This document shows positions 1 through 7,545 of a stretch of 24,000 nt of DNA, piece by piece; position 1 is the stretch's first letter; each line of letters starts with the position of its first letter. Under the pieces are notes generated by a model. It was given only the letters and a program-made list of their open reading frames with translations, searched no databases and was not told where the DNA came from. The position numbers and the translations under genes were made by a program. The stretch is taken from positions 30,075 to 54,074 of the forward strand of contig NZ_RXYB01000012.1 in assembly GCF_008086615.1 (NCBI RefSeq), in the 5' to 3' direction. Source of the stretch: Acetobacterium tundrae (lineage in GTDB: Bacteria; Bacillota; Clostridia; Eubacteriales; Eubacteriaceae).

Positions 1-579
1 ACCATTGTCAATCGAAAAAAAATTCTTGAATCCGCCCAACAATTGTTTAATACCAAAGGTTATTATAATACCAATACCAAAGAAATTGCCAAACTGGCCG
101 GTGTTTCAACCGGCAGTTTCTATAATTATTTTCCGGATAAACTGAGTATTTTTCAGGAGATCATGATCATTTTCCTTAGTCGAAGTTATTTGGATTTATG
201 TGAACTGGCAAGAAAACTTGATCAACAACCACAAATTGCCAAAGCAACGATCTTAAGCTTTGTCCAAAATGGAATGGATCATGCATATGAAGATGTGGTT
301 ATGTTTCAGGATTTTGACAGTATTGTCATGGCGAATCCGAAATTAAACGATATTCAAGGCGAATTTTACGACAAAATCTTGAACGAAATTTATACCTTCT
401 GCAAAGAAAGCCCATATGTAAAACAGCGGACCGAAAATCCCCTGGTGATGTCTCGAATGGCTTATTTTCTGGTTCAGGGTACTTCCGCATTTGTCGCAAA
501 ATTACCGGAAGATATTGATAAAAGTGAATATCAAGAACAATTGGTAGAAATTGTCTATTGGTATTTATTTGGCAGCTGA
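1..579 (+). CDS. TetR/AcrR-family transcriptional regulator (5' end outside window)
   Basis: Frame 1 is open from base 1 (TIVNRKKILESAQQLFNTKGYYNTNTKEIAKLAGVSTGSFYNYF), which is a typical TetR N-terminal HTH. The TTG at 43 in the ORF track is internal. Stop TGA at 577-579. Confidence 0.85.
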   Translation, partial: TIVNRKKILESAQQLFNTKGYYNTNTKEIAKLAGVSTGSFYNYFPDKLSIFQEIMIIFLSRSYLDLCELARKLDQQPQIAKATILSFVQNGMDHAYEDVVMFQDFDSIVMANPKLNDIQGEFYDKILNEIYTFCKESPYVKQRTENPLVMSRMAYFLVQGTSAFVAKLPEDIDKSEYQEQLVEIVYWYLFGS

Positions 580-703
580 AATTGATTGAAGTTGGCTGAG
601 TGCAGAAGTAAGCCATTTATTTTATAATGATCTTTATTATCAGTGATCAGAAAAACGGTGAATTACCTACTACGCTGTTTGAATCCCTACTTCAAATCCG
701 GTC

Positions 704-1213
704 ATGGCAGTCAATAGAGAGCTTAAAGTGATCTATATGAATGAGTCGGAGAAAAAACTTCTGAAGAAATCTGCGGACAACATTATCGGCAGCGTTGAAT
801 TTATCATGGATATCACCGAATGCGTTTTATATGAGAATCGGCTCAAAGAACAGAGTCATACCATCCGGGAAATGTCAACTCCGACGATTAAACTATGGGA
901 AGGCGTCCTGGTTCTGCCGGTTGTCGGTGTAGTCGACTCCCTGCGGGCCCAGCATATGATGGAAAGCATGCTGAATGAAATTGCGGAAACCTATTCAAAA
1001 GTGATTATTTTGGATATCCACGGTGTTGCGGCGGTGGATATGGCCGTTGCAAACCGTCTGATTAAAATTGCCAAAGCAACCAAACTCATGGGCTGTGAAT
1101 GCATGGTCAGGAATATCCCCGGCAGTCGATCAGACTATCATACAGTTGGGCACATCGAGCGTACTAAGAATTATGTGCGAATTCTTGCCGAAAAGTTGAG
1201 TACCTATGAATAA
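704..1213 (+). pseudogene. Chimeric pseudogene: rsbR-like PAS-STAS remnant fused to a fragment of the HD-GYP response-regulator gene
   Basis: The protein matches residues of the 6733-7530 product but lacks the first ~24 codons and has no RBS. It has a 180-bp in-frame PAS deletion (NIIG|SVEFIMD) and a 2-bp deletion near 1104 that shifts frame. It then reads HIERTKNYVRILAEKLSTYE, identical to 11814-11873. The Thr of VDTAVA is replaced (VDMAVA). Confidence 0.8.
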
Positions 1214-1265
1214 TAGTCTGTAAAAAACGATGCCACGCGATCTTTATCAAATTTCATGAATAAAG

Positions 1266-1294
1266 ATGCAAAAACAATCGCATTGTAGTATAAT
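1266..1294 (+). promoter_or_regulatory. Candidate sigma-A promoter (copy 1) for the leader and phosphatase gene
   Basis: Perfect -10 TATAAT at 1289-1294. Weak -35 ATGCAA at 1266-1271 with a 17-nt spacer. The same arrangement is conserved at 12588-12616. Confidence 0.5.
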
Positions 1295-1299
1295 ACAAA

Positions 1300-1445
1300 T
1301 CAAGCGAAACGGAAAGTCATCAGGGATGCTTCGTTAGTCATCTTATCAGTCAGTAGTTGAGGACAGGCAGTTAAAAACATCCCCGTGTCATTTGTATAAC
1401 CAACTGAAAAGTGTGTGAACTATTAAAAATTCAAGATAAAAATTT
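1300..1445 (+). promoter_or_regulatory. Conserved ~150-nt 5' leader, unclassified (copy 1)
   Basis: About 88% identical to 12617-12757. Predicted stem 1303-1311/1327-1335 (AGCGAAACG/TGCTTCGTT) is invariant between copies, while the enclosed loop varies. AGTCA motifs recur. Confidence 0.4.
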
Positions 1446-1457
1446 GGAGGGATGGTA

Positions 1458-2390
1458 ATGGAAAAAGATAGGAAAGTTATTCTTTTGGGGTTATGTGTAA
1501 CTGCTTTAGTTTGTATCTTTGCAATGGCAGGATGTGGCGTTAACACCAGCGAAAAAGGAGCCGGCAATGCACAGATAAAAAATACAGTAACCCAGGAAAG
1601 TCAGACAATCGGATTAACAGGGGTTGATAACGCTCGTCAATTGGGGGAATATGTAACAACTGACGGAAAAAAAATTAAAGATGGCATTTTACTAAGAACA
1701 GGAAAATTATCTGGTGCTACCAACGAAGATATTACCACATTAACTGGAAAATATCACCTTACGGAAATCATTGATTTACGGTCAACAGCAGAAATTGAAG
1801 CAGCTCTAGATCCGGTTATTGATGGGGTCACTGAGGAGAATGTTCGAATTGCTGATGAGACCAGTCCTGCATATTTAACTGCGATGTCAGTTGTGCGTAC
1901 TGATGATCCAGTAGGTGATGCGATCACAGAGGTTGAAAATGGAACAATAAGCGATACGTTGTATTCATACATTGTTACGAGTACTTATGGGCAACAGGCA
2001 TATCACGAATTCTTTGAAAAATTACTTGCACATGAAAATGGAGCAATTCTGTTTCACTGTTCTGCAGGCAAGGATCGTACTGGTCTAGCAGCCGTTTTAC
2101 TACTCTCGGCTCTTGGTGTAGACCGAGAGACAATTATGGAAGATTTTGCATTAACAAATGATTTTTATGCTGATAATATTGATTATATGGTCAGTGAAAC
2201 AAAAAAAAGAACAGATGACGCTAAAATAATTGAAGGCGTTTATGCCGTGGTTGGTGCAAATTCAAGCTATATGGAAAAAATGTTTGATGCGATCAATGAA
2301 AAATATGGATCGATGGATAACTTCTTAAAAGAAGCAATTGGACTAACTGATAAAGATGTGACAAAGTTGAGAGATATGTATCTTGAATAA
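1458..2390 (+). CDS. Lipoprotein tyrosine-protein phosphatase (Y_phosphatase3-like, CX5R)
   Basis: GGAGGG at 1446-1451 lies 6 nt before ATG 1458; ATG 1452 is too close to it. Signal peptide with lipobox FAMAG|C. Active-site loop HCSAGKDRTG. Confidence 0.8.
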   Translation: MEKDRKVILLGLCVTALVCIFAMAGCGVNTSEKGAGNAQIKNTVTQESQTIGLTGVDNARQLGEYVTTDGKKIKDGILLRTGKLSGATNEDITTLTGKYHLTEIIDLRSTAEIEAALDPVIDGVTEENVRIADETSPAYLTAMSVVRTDDPVGDAITEVENGTISDTLYSYIVTSTYGQQAYHEFFEKLLAHENGAILFHCSAGKDRTGLAAVLLLSALGVDRETIMEDFALTNDFYADNIDYMVSETKKRTDDAKIIEGVYAVVGANSSYMEKMFDAINEKYGSMDNFLKEAIGLTDKDVTKLRDMYLE

Positions 2391-2466
2391 TGGTTGCTTA
2401 TTATGGGACTGAAAGACCAGGCTCAATTCATATGATGCAGAGACTTTCAGAAAAAAGGAGATAATT

Positions 2467-2637
2467 TTGAAAATTGTTTGTTTTGGCGACAGTTTGACTT
2501 TTGGATATAATGTAGCCCACAAAGATAAATGGCATGTCCTCGCAGAAAAGAAGACCGGGATCCGAATGCAAAACAGCGAAATTAACGGGGATACCACTGA
2601 TGGGATGCGATTTTATTTGCGGGTTTCTGTTACCTGA
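2467..2637 (+). pseudogene. 5' stub of SGNH/GDSL hydrolase gene (paralogue of 12866-13438)
   Basis: AAAGGAG followed by TTG 2467, then KIVCFGDSLTFGYN. Homology to 12866-13007 ends at 2608, and the frame terminates at TGA 2635-2637 after 56 codons. Confidence 0.8.
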
Positions 2638-2669
2638 CCTATCTGTATTTTGATCAAAATAAATTAGAG

Positions 2670-3401
2670 TTGCCAATAGGGTTTGAGCTCCGTCACTCAT
2701 TCAGAGGTATAGCAGGGGTGACTGAAGAAATTGAAGAAAAGTTCGGATTCATCGCGGAGTCTCAGGATCGGATTGTACTGGCTTTTCGTGGATCGGATTC
2801 GACTCTGAATCTGGATTCTGATCTCGATCTTTTTCAGACTCCATTACCCTATGTGGAAAATGTCGGCAACAGCCATAGAGGAATTACCCGGGTTTATCAG
2901 TCGATGTGCGAAGAGTTGATCGAGATTGTACGGAAACTGCCTGAAGACAAAAGACTCTATCTAACCAGCCATAGTCTGGGAGGAGATCTTGCCATAATGA
3001 CAGCACTGGACTTTGCAGTCAATATACCAAATAAAGATCTCGTTGTTTACACTTATGCTGCTGGTAGACCTGGTGCTCCGGATTTTGTGAATGATTACAA
3101 CACTTATGTTAAAAACAGCTATCGGATTTTTAATGTGCATGATTTTATTCCAACCCTGCCTGCATTTGAATATCCGCCGCCCTTTACGGAAAAGGGGTTA
3201 TTTTATGAACACGTTGATTTTTCGGTGCCGATTAGTTTTCAGATGAATAACCTGTTCTTAAATCACCGGATAAACTGTTATTTTCAGAAGTTGGGTGAGT
3301 TGGATATCGATTATATGAACACTTTGCGTAAAAAGAACCCGAATTTTTGTCCTGAGGCCATTAATTTGCAGGAATTGGCAATATCAATGGCAAATAATTA
3401 A
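2670..3401 (+). CDS. Class-3 lipase family protein, probably 5'-truncated
   Basis: AFRGSDS, nucleophile elbow SHSLGG and NVHDFIPTLP are Lipase_3 hallmarks. The frame is open back to 2601 (WDAILFAGFCYLTYLYFDQNKLELPIGFEL), but the only start is TTG 2670 with no RBS. The 5' end abuts the duplication junction at 2608. Confidence 0.6.
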   Translation: MPIGFELRHSFRGIAGVTEEIEEKFGFIAESQDRIVLAFRGSDSTLNLDSDLDLFQTPLPYVENVGNSHRGITRVYQSMCEELIEIVRKLPEDKRLYLTSHSLGGDLAIMTALDFAVNIPNKDLVVYTYAAGRPGAPDFVNDYNTYVKNSYRIFNVHDFIPTLPAFEYPPPFTEKGLFYEHVDFSVPISFQMNNLFLNHRINCYFQKLGELDIDYMNTLRKKNPNFCPEAINLQELAISMANN

Positions 3402-3450
3402 GGATTGAGGACATGAATCTAACATTCAAAATTATTTGGTGGATATCGCA

Positions 3451-3549
3451 ATGGAGAGAAAATATAAGTTTGCCTGGGATTTGTTGGGTGACATAGAAGA
3501 AGGATGTCCCCATATGGGTAACACAACTCGGGTTGAATATTTGAAATAA
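3451..3549 (+). pseudogene. 32-codon stub resembling the N-terminus of a V4R (4-vinyl reductase) domain protein
   Basis: MERKYKFAWDLLGDIEEGCPHMGNTTRVEYLK* resembles the F-x-W-x-L-L-G-D-I...G-R-P-x-L-G...V-x-V-Y-R start of V4R proteins, recalled from memory and not searched. It stops prematurely. Confidence 0.3.
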
Positions 3550-3568
3550 TTTAAGTAATTGCAAAAAA

Positions 3569-3592
3569 GCGTACTATTGACAGTACGTTTTT
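3569..3592. terminator. Rho-independent terminator
   Basis: Stem CGTACT (3570-3575) / AGTACG (3582-3587), 6-nt loop, then TTTTT. An A-run precedes the hairpin. Confidence 0.55.
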
Positions 3593-3605
3593 ATTATGAT
3601 AAATT
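3577..3605 (+). promoter_or_regulatory. Sigma-A promoter for the MarR-led gene cluster
   Basis: -35 TTGACA at 3577-3582, 17-nt spacer containing an extended-10 TG at 3597-3598, -10 TAAATT at 3600-3605. It overlaps the preceding hairpin. Confidence 0.55.
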
Positions 3606-3666
3606 AGTTAATGATATTTAATTAAAAATTGTTAACTAATTTAGAAACGGTAATTGGAGGTTAGTT

Positions 3667-4104
3667 ATGGAAGCGAAATTTGCTGCGCTTGTAAATTTAT
3701 TATGGGAAGAATGTATACGAAATCTTAATGCTACACTAACTGAGGAGGAAGCAGAAAAATTTTCTAATAATGACTATTACCATTTGCTAGTAATCCATTC
3801 ATTACAGAGACCGAATTTCTCCCAAATAGCAGAAAAATTATCTTTGACTAAACCAGCGGTTTCTGCAATTATAAGAAAAATGATTAATATGAAACTAGTT
3901 GAAAAAATGCAATCGGCAGAGGATAAAAGAATTTTTTATGTTGAACTCACCGCAAAGGGAAGCTCCATTTTGCAGGGAGATAAAGCTGTTTATAAATGGG
4001 TTACAGATACCATTAAAAGTATTGCTTCCAATGAAAAAGAAGTTATAATTGTTGAGCAGATTATTTCTTCTTTGGTAGAAAAATTGGAGAAAAAGAACAT
4101 ATGA
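3667..4104 (+). CDS. MarR-family transcriptional regulator
   Basis: GGAGG RBS. Winged-HTH segment NFSQIAEKLSLTKPAVSAIIRKMINMKLVEKMQSAEDKRIFYVELTAKG. Confidence 0.85.
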   Translation: MEAKFAALVNLLWEECIRNLNATLTEEEAEKFSNNDYYHLLVIHSLQRPNFSQIAEKLSLTKPAVSAIIRKMINMKLVEKMQSAEDKRIFYVELTAKGSSILQGDKAVYKWVTDTIKSIASNEKEVIIVEQIISSLVEKLEKKNI

Positions 4105-4135
4105 AATATATGAAAACGAAAGAAGGAAAAGTAAG

Positions 4136-4882
4136 ATGATTTTTTATTTTAGCGGAACCGGAAATTCTAAACATGTTGCTAATAAAATTGCGAAAGGAAC
4201 AGGTGAAAGGCTAGTCGATATTTCTGAAAGCATCATTGAGAAAAATGAGACATATGAAGTCGAAAAGAATGAAAAAATTGGATTCGTTTTTCCTGTTTAT
4301 TGGTATTGTATGCCAAAAATAGTTGAGAAGTTTATAGTACAGCTAAAATTATCAGGATATCGGAAGCAATATGTTTATGCAATAACAACATATGGGATAG
4401 CTGCGGGAAATGTGATGGACAGATTAATCCAAACCTTAAGAAATAAGCAAGTGCAATTAAATGGAATATTCGGCGTACAGATGATTGACAATTATGTGGT
4501 GGGATATAATATTATTAATATAGATAAACAAAGCACTATTTTGAAAAAGGCTGAGGTGGAAATAGATAAAATTATGTTGATGATCGAGTATCGAGAAAAT
4601 ATTGAATATATAAAAAAGGGAAGTATCCGGTTTGTTACTCCAATTACTGGATATGGCTATAGAAAAGCCAATCATATTAAGAAGTTTTTTGTTACACAAA
4701 AATGTAATGGTTGTAAACAGTGTGAAAGTAGTTGTCCATGCAATACAATACATATGATGGATGGAAAACCTATGTGGTTAGGGGAATGTACATTCTGTCT
4801 AAAATGTATTAATGGATGCAAACAATCAGCAATTCAGTATGGTAAATTCACTGAGAAGAGAGATAGATATCAGTATAAATGA
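4136..4882 (+). CDS. Flavodoxin-like / 2x[4Fe-4S] ferredoxin fusion (EFR1-type)
   Basis: N-terminal MIFYFSGTGNSKHVA is a flavodoxin-like phosphate-binding loop. C-terminal Cys clusters are CNGCKQCESSCP and CTFCLKCINGC. Confidence 0.75.
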   Translation: MIFYFSGTGNSKHVANKIAKGTGERLVDISESIIEKNETYEVEKNEKIGFVFPVYWYCMPKIVEKFIVQLKLSGYRKQYVYAITTYGIAAGNVMDRLIQTLRNKQVQLNGIFGVQMIDNYVVGYNIINIDKQSTILKKAEVEIDKIMLMIEYRENIEYIKKGSIRFVTPITGYGYRKANHIKKFFVTQKCNGCKQCESSCPCNTIHMMDGKPMWLGECTFCLKCINGCKQSAIQYGKFTEKRDRYQYK

Positions 4883-4894
4883 AAAAGGAATATT

Positions 4895-5728
4895 ATGTTT
4901 AAAAACGAATTGGTCAGCAAAGCCATCGATTATATTGTAGAAAATTTAAATGAGGAAATCTCCATTGAAGATGTAGCAGCTTATTGTCATCTTTCCAAGT
5001 ATTATTTTTGCAGAGTTTTCAAGTCAGAAACAGGTGAAAGCATTTATGGGCTTATCAAACGTTTGAAAATGGAACAAAGCGCCATCGAAATGAAGCTGTT
5101 AAAAGATAAATCCATTACCGATATCGGCGTTACCTACGGATACAGTTCATCGAATTACAGTTCAGCATTTAAGAAGCACCATCATGTTTCACCTGCGGCA
5201 TTTCGAAAAAATGTGAATATGAACAGTGCCCCCCATCCTTTTATTCTGGAAAAGAAGGCGACGTTTCAATCATTTGATGAATATAACCAACAGATTCAAA
5301 TAAAGGATTTGGATAATTTTAAGGTCATCTATGAACGGTATCTGGGAAATTACCTTGATCTGGGAAAAAACTGGTCTGAATTCACCGAAAAATATCAGAA
5401 TTATTTCAGAGAAGAGACCCTTTTGATTGAACGGTTCTTTGATGATCCTTCCATCACAAATGTTGGGCAATGTTTATATGACATCTGTATGACGGTCGAC
5501 ACAACCTGTCCCCTTGAAAATGTTATGACGATTCAGGGCGGAAAATTTGCCGTTTACAGCTTTGATGGGTTGATACCGGATATTTTTGAAGCTTTTCAAG
5601 GCGTATTTAATATCTGGATGCCAAACAGTGGTTATGAAATGGACGAAAGATATGGACTTGATATTTATCGCAAAATTGACAGAGATAAGCAGCATGTTGT
5701 TATGGATTTATGCATACCAGTTAAATAG
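4895..5728 (+). CDS. AraC-family regulator with GyrI-like effector-binding domain
   Basis: Two HTH units (IEDVAAYCHLSKYYFCRVFK, ITDIGVTYGYSSSNYSSAFKKHHHVSPAAFRK). The C-terminal half is GyrI-like (GGKFAVYSFDG, PNSGYEMDERYGLDIY). Confidence 0.85.
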   Translation: MFKNELVSKAIDYIVENLNEEISIEDVAAYCHLSKYYFCRVFKSETGESIYGLIKRLKMEQSAIEMKLLKDKSITDIGVTYGYSSSNYSSAFKKHHHVSPAAFRKNVNMNSAPHPFILEKKATFQSFDEYNQQIQIKDLDNFKVIYERYLGNYLDLGKNWSEFTEKYQNYFREETLLIERFFDDPSITNVGQCLYDICMTVDTTCPLENVMTIQGGKFAVYSFDGLIPDIFEAFQGVFNIWMPNSGYEMDERYGLDIYRKIDRDKQHVVMDLCIPVK

Positions 5729-5902
5729 AGCAAGAATTCAGAAGTATAAAATCAGACTTTTTTATATAATCAGAACAGTCATCAAGACTGTGTTCGATTT
5801 AATAGAAGTCTGTTTTATGCTTTTTTGCAATTAAAAGGTGCATAAACGAATTTTTATTAACAACAGTCGATCACAATAAAGTGAAAAAATGGAGGATTAA
5901 AA

Positions 5903-6451
5903 ATGTTCGATATCAGAAAAATTCAGGAGCAGGTTATTTATAAGGCGGTTAAAGATGGGAGCAATGAAGAAACGGCAAGAGAAATCGTATATGGATCGGA
6001 TGAACAAGGGAAACCGGAAGATAATCCGACATGGGTAAAATCGACAATGAAGCGACTGGAAAACCAATTTGATCAATCAATCGTTCATCAGATTAGAAGG
6101 AACTGTCAGTGTGGGTACGGAATGGATGAGAAATTGGCACTTGTTAAAGAGCTGGTAGACATATCTTCGAGCATAGAAGAATTTGGCAATCAGGACAAAG
6201 CAAAAGCTGCGGGACTGTTTTGTAATAATGGGGAACTCTATCTCCAGTTTCATTTTTGCCCATGCCCGATGCTTGAAGGGGTTGATCGACTGGAGACAGA
6301 TACCTGGTGTCAATGCACGACTGGTTACAGTAAAGTTCTTTTCGAAAAAGCGTTTATGTGTCAAGTTGAGGTGGAGTTGTTAAAAAGCATAAAAATGGGT
6401 GATGATAAATGTCTAATGAAAATCATCCCAGAAAATAATATTTGGAAATAA
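5903..6451 (+). CDS. Cys-rich hypothetical protein (possible metal or cofactor binding)
   Basis: GGAGG RBS. Motifs CQCGYG, FCPCP, WCQCTTGY and DDKC. Family not recognised with confidence. Confidence 0.6.
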   Translation: MFDIRKIQEQVIYKAVKDGSNEETAREIVYGSDEQGKPEDNPTWVKSTMKRLENQFDQSIVHQIRRNCQCGYGMDEKLALVKELVDISSSIEEFGNQDKAKAAGLFCNNGELYLQFHFCPCPMLEGVDRLETDTWCQCTTGYSKVLFEKAFMCQVEVELLKSIKMGDDKCLMKIIPENNIWK

Positions 6452-6610
6452 ACGTGGCATAGGAATGTTTAGATCTGGAAACATTGATTTGGTTATATTC
6501 TTTATTATCAGTGATCAAAAAACGATGAAATAACACTTCGCCGTTTGAATCCCGGCTCCAATGCCATGTTTTCTCTTGTTTTCACTACCTTGCTCAAAAT
6601 AAGGTTTAAT

Positions 6611-6639
6611 TTGATTGCTTTTGGGTATTAAGCAATTAT
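6611..6639 (+). promoter_or_regulatory. Weak candidate promoter for the rsbRST-HK-RR operon
   Basis: TTGATT at 6611-6616, 17-nt spacer, AATTAT at 6634-6639. Several alternatives exist in this AT-rich gap. Confidence 0.25.
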
Positions 6640-6732
6640 ATAGTTCATACTTGATGAGAGCGGATAACTGGAAGAATAAATATTTTAGAAACAATAACAA
6701 TTTTCAATAGCTGATAATAAAAGGAGGATATT

Positions 6733-7530
6733 ATGAAAAAGATGTATCAGGAAGCAGATGATCAACTGAAATCTCAGATTCTTGACCAAATTCCAACTCC
6801 AGTCATGGCAGTTAACAGAGAGCTTAAAGTGATCTATATGAATGAAGCGGGAAAAAAACTCCTAAAGAAATCTGCGGACAATATTATTGGTTTAGCCTGT
6901 AAGGATTTAATTGCGACTGAGCAGTGTGGTACTGAACAGTGTGGTATGCTGAAAGCTATCAGTGACGGCAAATCTTTTAGCGGTCGTACTGAAATCAATA
7001 CTGGAGAGAACAGGATCCAGGTTGAATATTCGGTTGTACCTTTGCAGGATGACAGCGGTGAAATTATCGGTGGCGTTGAATTTATCATGGATATCACCGA
7101 ACGTGTTTTATATGAGAATCGGCTTAAAGAACAGAGCCATACCATCCGCGAAATGTCAACACCGACGATTAAACTCTGGGAAGGCGTTCTGGTTCTGCCA
7201 GTTGTTGGTGTGGTCGACTCCCTGCGAGCCCAGCATATGATGGAAAGCATGTTGAATAAAATTGCGGAAACTTATTCAAAAGTGATTATTCTGGATATCC
7301 ACGGTGTTGCGGCGGTGGATACGGCCGTTGCCAATCATCTGATTAAAATCACTAAGGCAACCAAACTCATGGGCTGCGAATGCATCTTGTCAGGAATATC
7401 TCCGGCAGTCGCTCAGACGATCATACAGTTGGGAATTGATATGGCAGCTATCAATACCCAGGCAACACTCAGTGACGCTCTTTCAGAAGCGTTCATTATC
7501 CTGAGTCTGGAAGTTATTACAAAAGAATAA
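6733..7530 (+). CDS. rsbR: RsbR-like stressosome sensor (N-terminal PAS, C-terminal STAS)
   Basis: AAAGGAGG RBS. PAS region PTPVMAVNRELKVIYMNEAGKKLL...GGVEFIMDITER. STAS region STPTIKLWEGVLVLPVVGVVDSLRAQ...DIHGVAAVDTAVANHLIK. By my by-eye alignment, Ser/Thr sit at the positions of B. subtilis RsbRA T171/T205. Confidence 0.85.
   Translation: MKKMYQEADDQLKSQILDQIPTPVMAVNRELKVIYMNEAGKKLLKKSADNIIGLACKDLIATEQCGTEQCGMLKAISDGKSFSGRTEINTGENRIQVEYSVVPLQDDSGEIIGGVEFIMDITERVLYENRLKEQSHTIREMSTPTIKLWEGVLVLPVVGVVDSLRAQHMMESMLNKIAETYSKVIILDIHGVAAVDTAVANHLIKITKATKLMGCECILSGISPAVAQTIIQLGIDMAAINTQATLSDALSEAFIILSLEVITKE
6916..6945 (+). repeat. 15-bp tandem duplication inside the PAS domain (TEQCG x2)
   Basis: ACTGAGCAGTGTGGT / ACTGAACAGTGTGGT, with one synonymous difference. 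Confidence 0.9.
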
Positions 7531-7545
7531 TAAAGAGATAGGATT

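Larger units (their letters stand above)
631..2608 (+). repeat. Copy 1 of a segmental duplication: deletion-riddled paralogue of 6499-13007
   Basis: Collinear blocks by eye: 631-687=6499-6553, 691-790=6786-6891, 791-1150=7072-7433, 1151-1210=11814-11873, 1211-~1253=12402-~12447, ~1254-1436=~12576-12757 and ~2369-2608=~12765-13007. About 87-94% identity, except that 1151-1210 is 60/60. Confidence 0.85.

Noticed and set aside
326-616. Minus-strand ORFs fully embedded in well-supported plus-strand genes (e.g. 326-616, 1754-1972, 4457-4753, 6834-7250, 10012-10230, 11772-12023, 16985-17419, 17662-18171, 22197-22511)
   Set aside because: They are shadow ORFs opposite strong, motif-rich coding frames. 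They have no RBS and low-complexity or odd composition, with no recognisable domains.
5586-5834. 82-aa + strand ORF overlapping the end of the AraC gene and the following intergenic region
   Set aside because: It is out of frame with a well-supported gene, has no RBS, and most of it is AT-rich intergenic sequence.
6538-6566. tRNA-like 3' fragment (GCCGTTTGAATCCCGGCTCCAATGCCA) at the left edge of the duplication, a possible att site
   Set aside because: The T-stem halves do not pair properly. No acceptor 5' strand, D arm or anticodon arm can be found in the preceding 80 nt. Copy 1 diverges exactly here. The resemblance to GGTTCGAATCC...CCA is probably chance.
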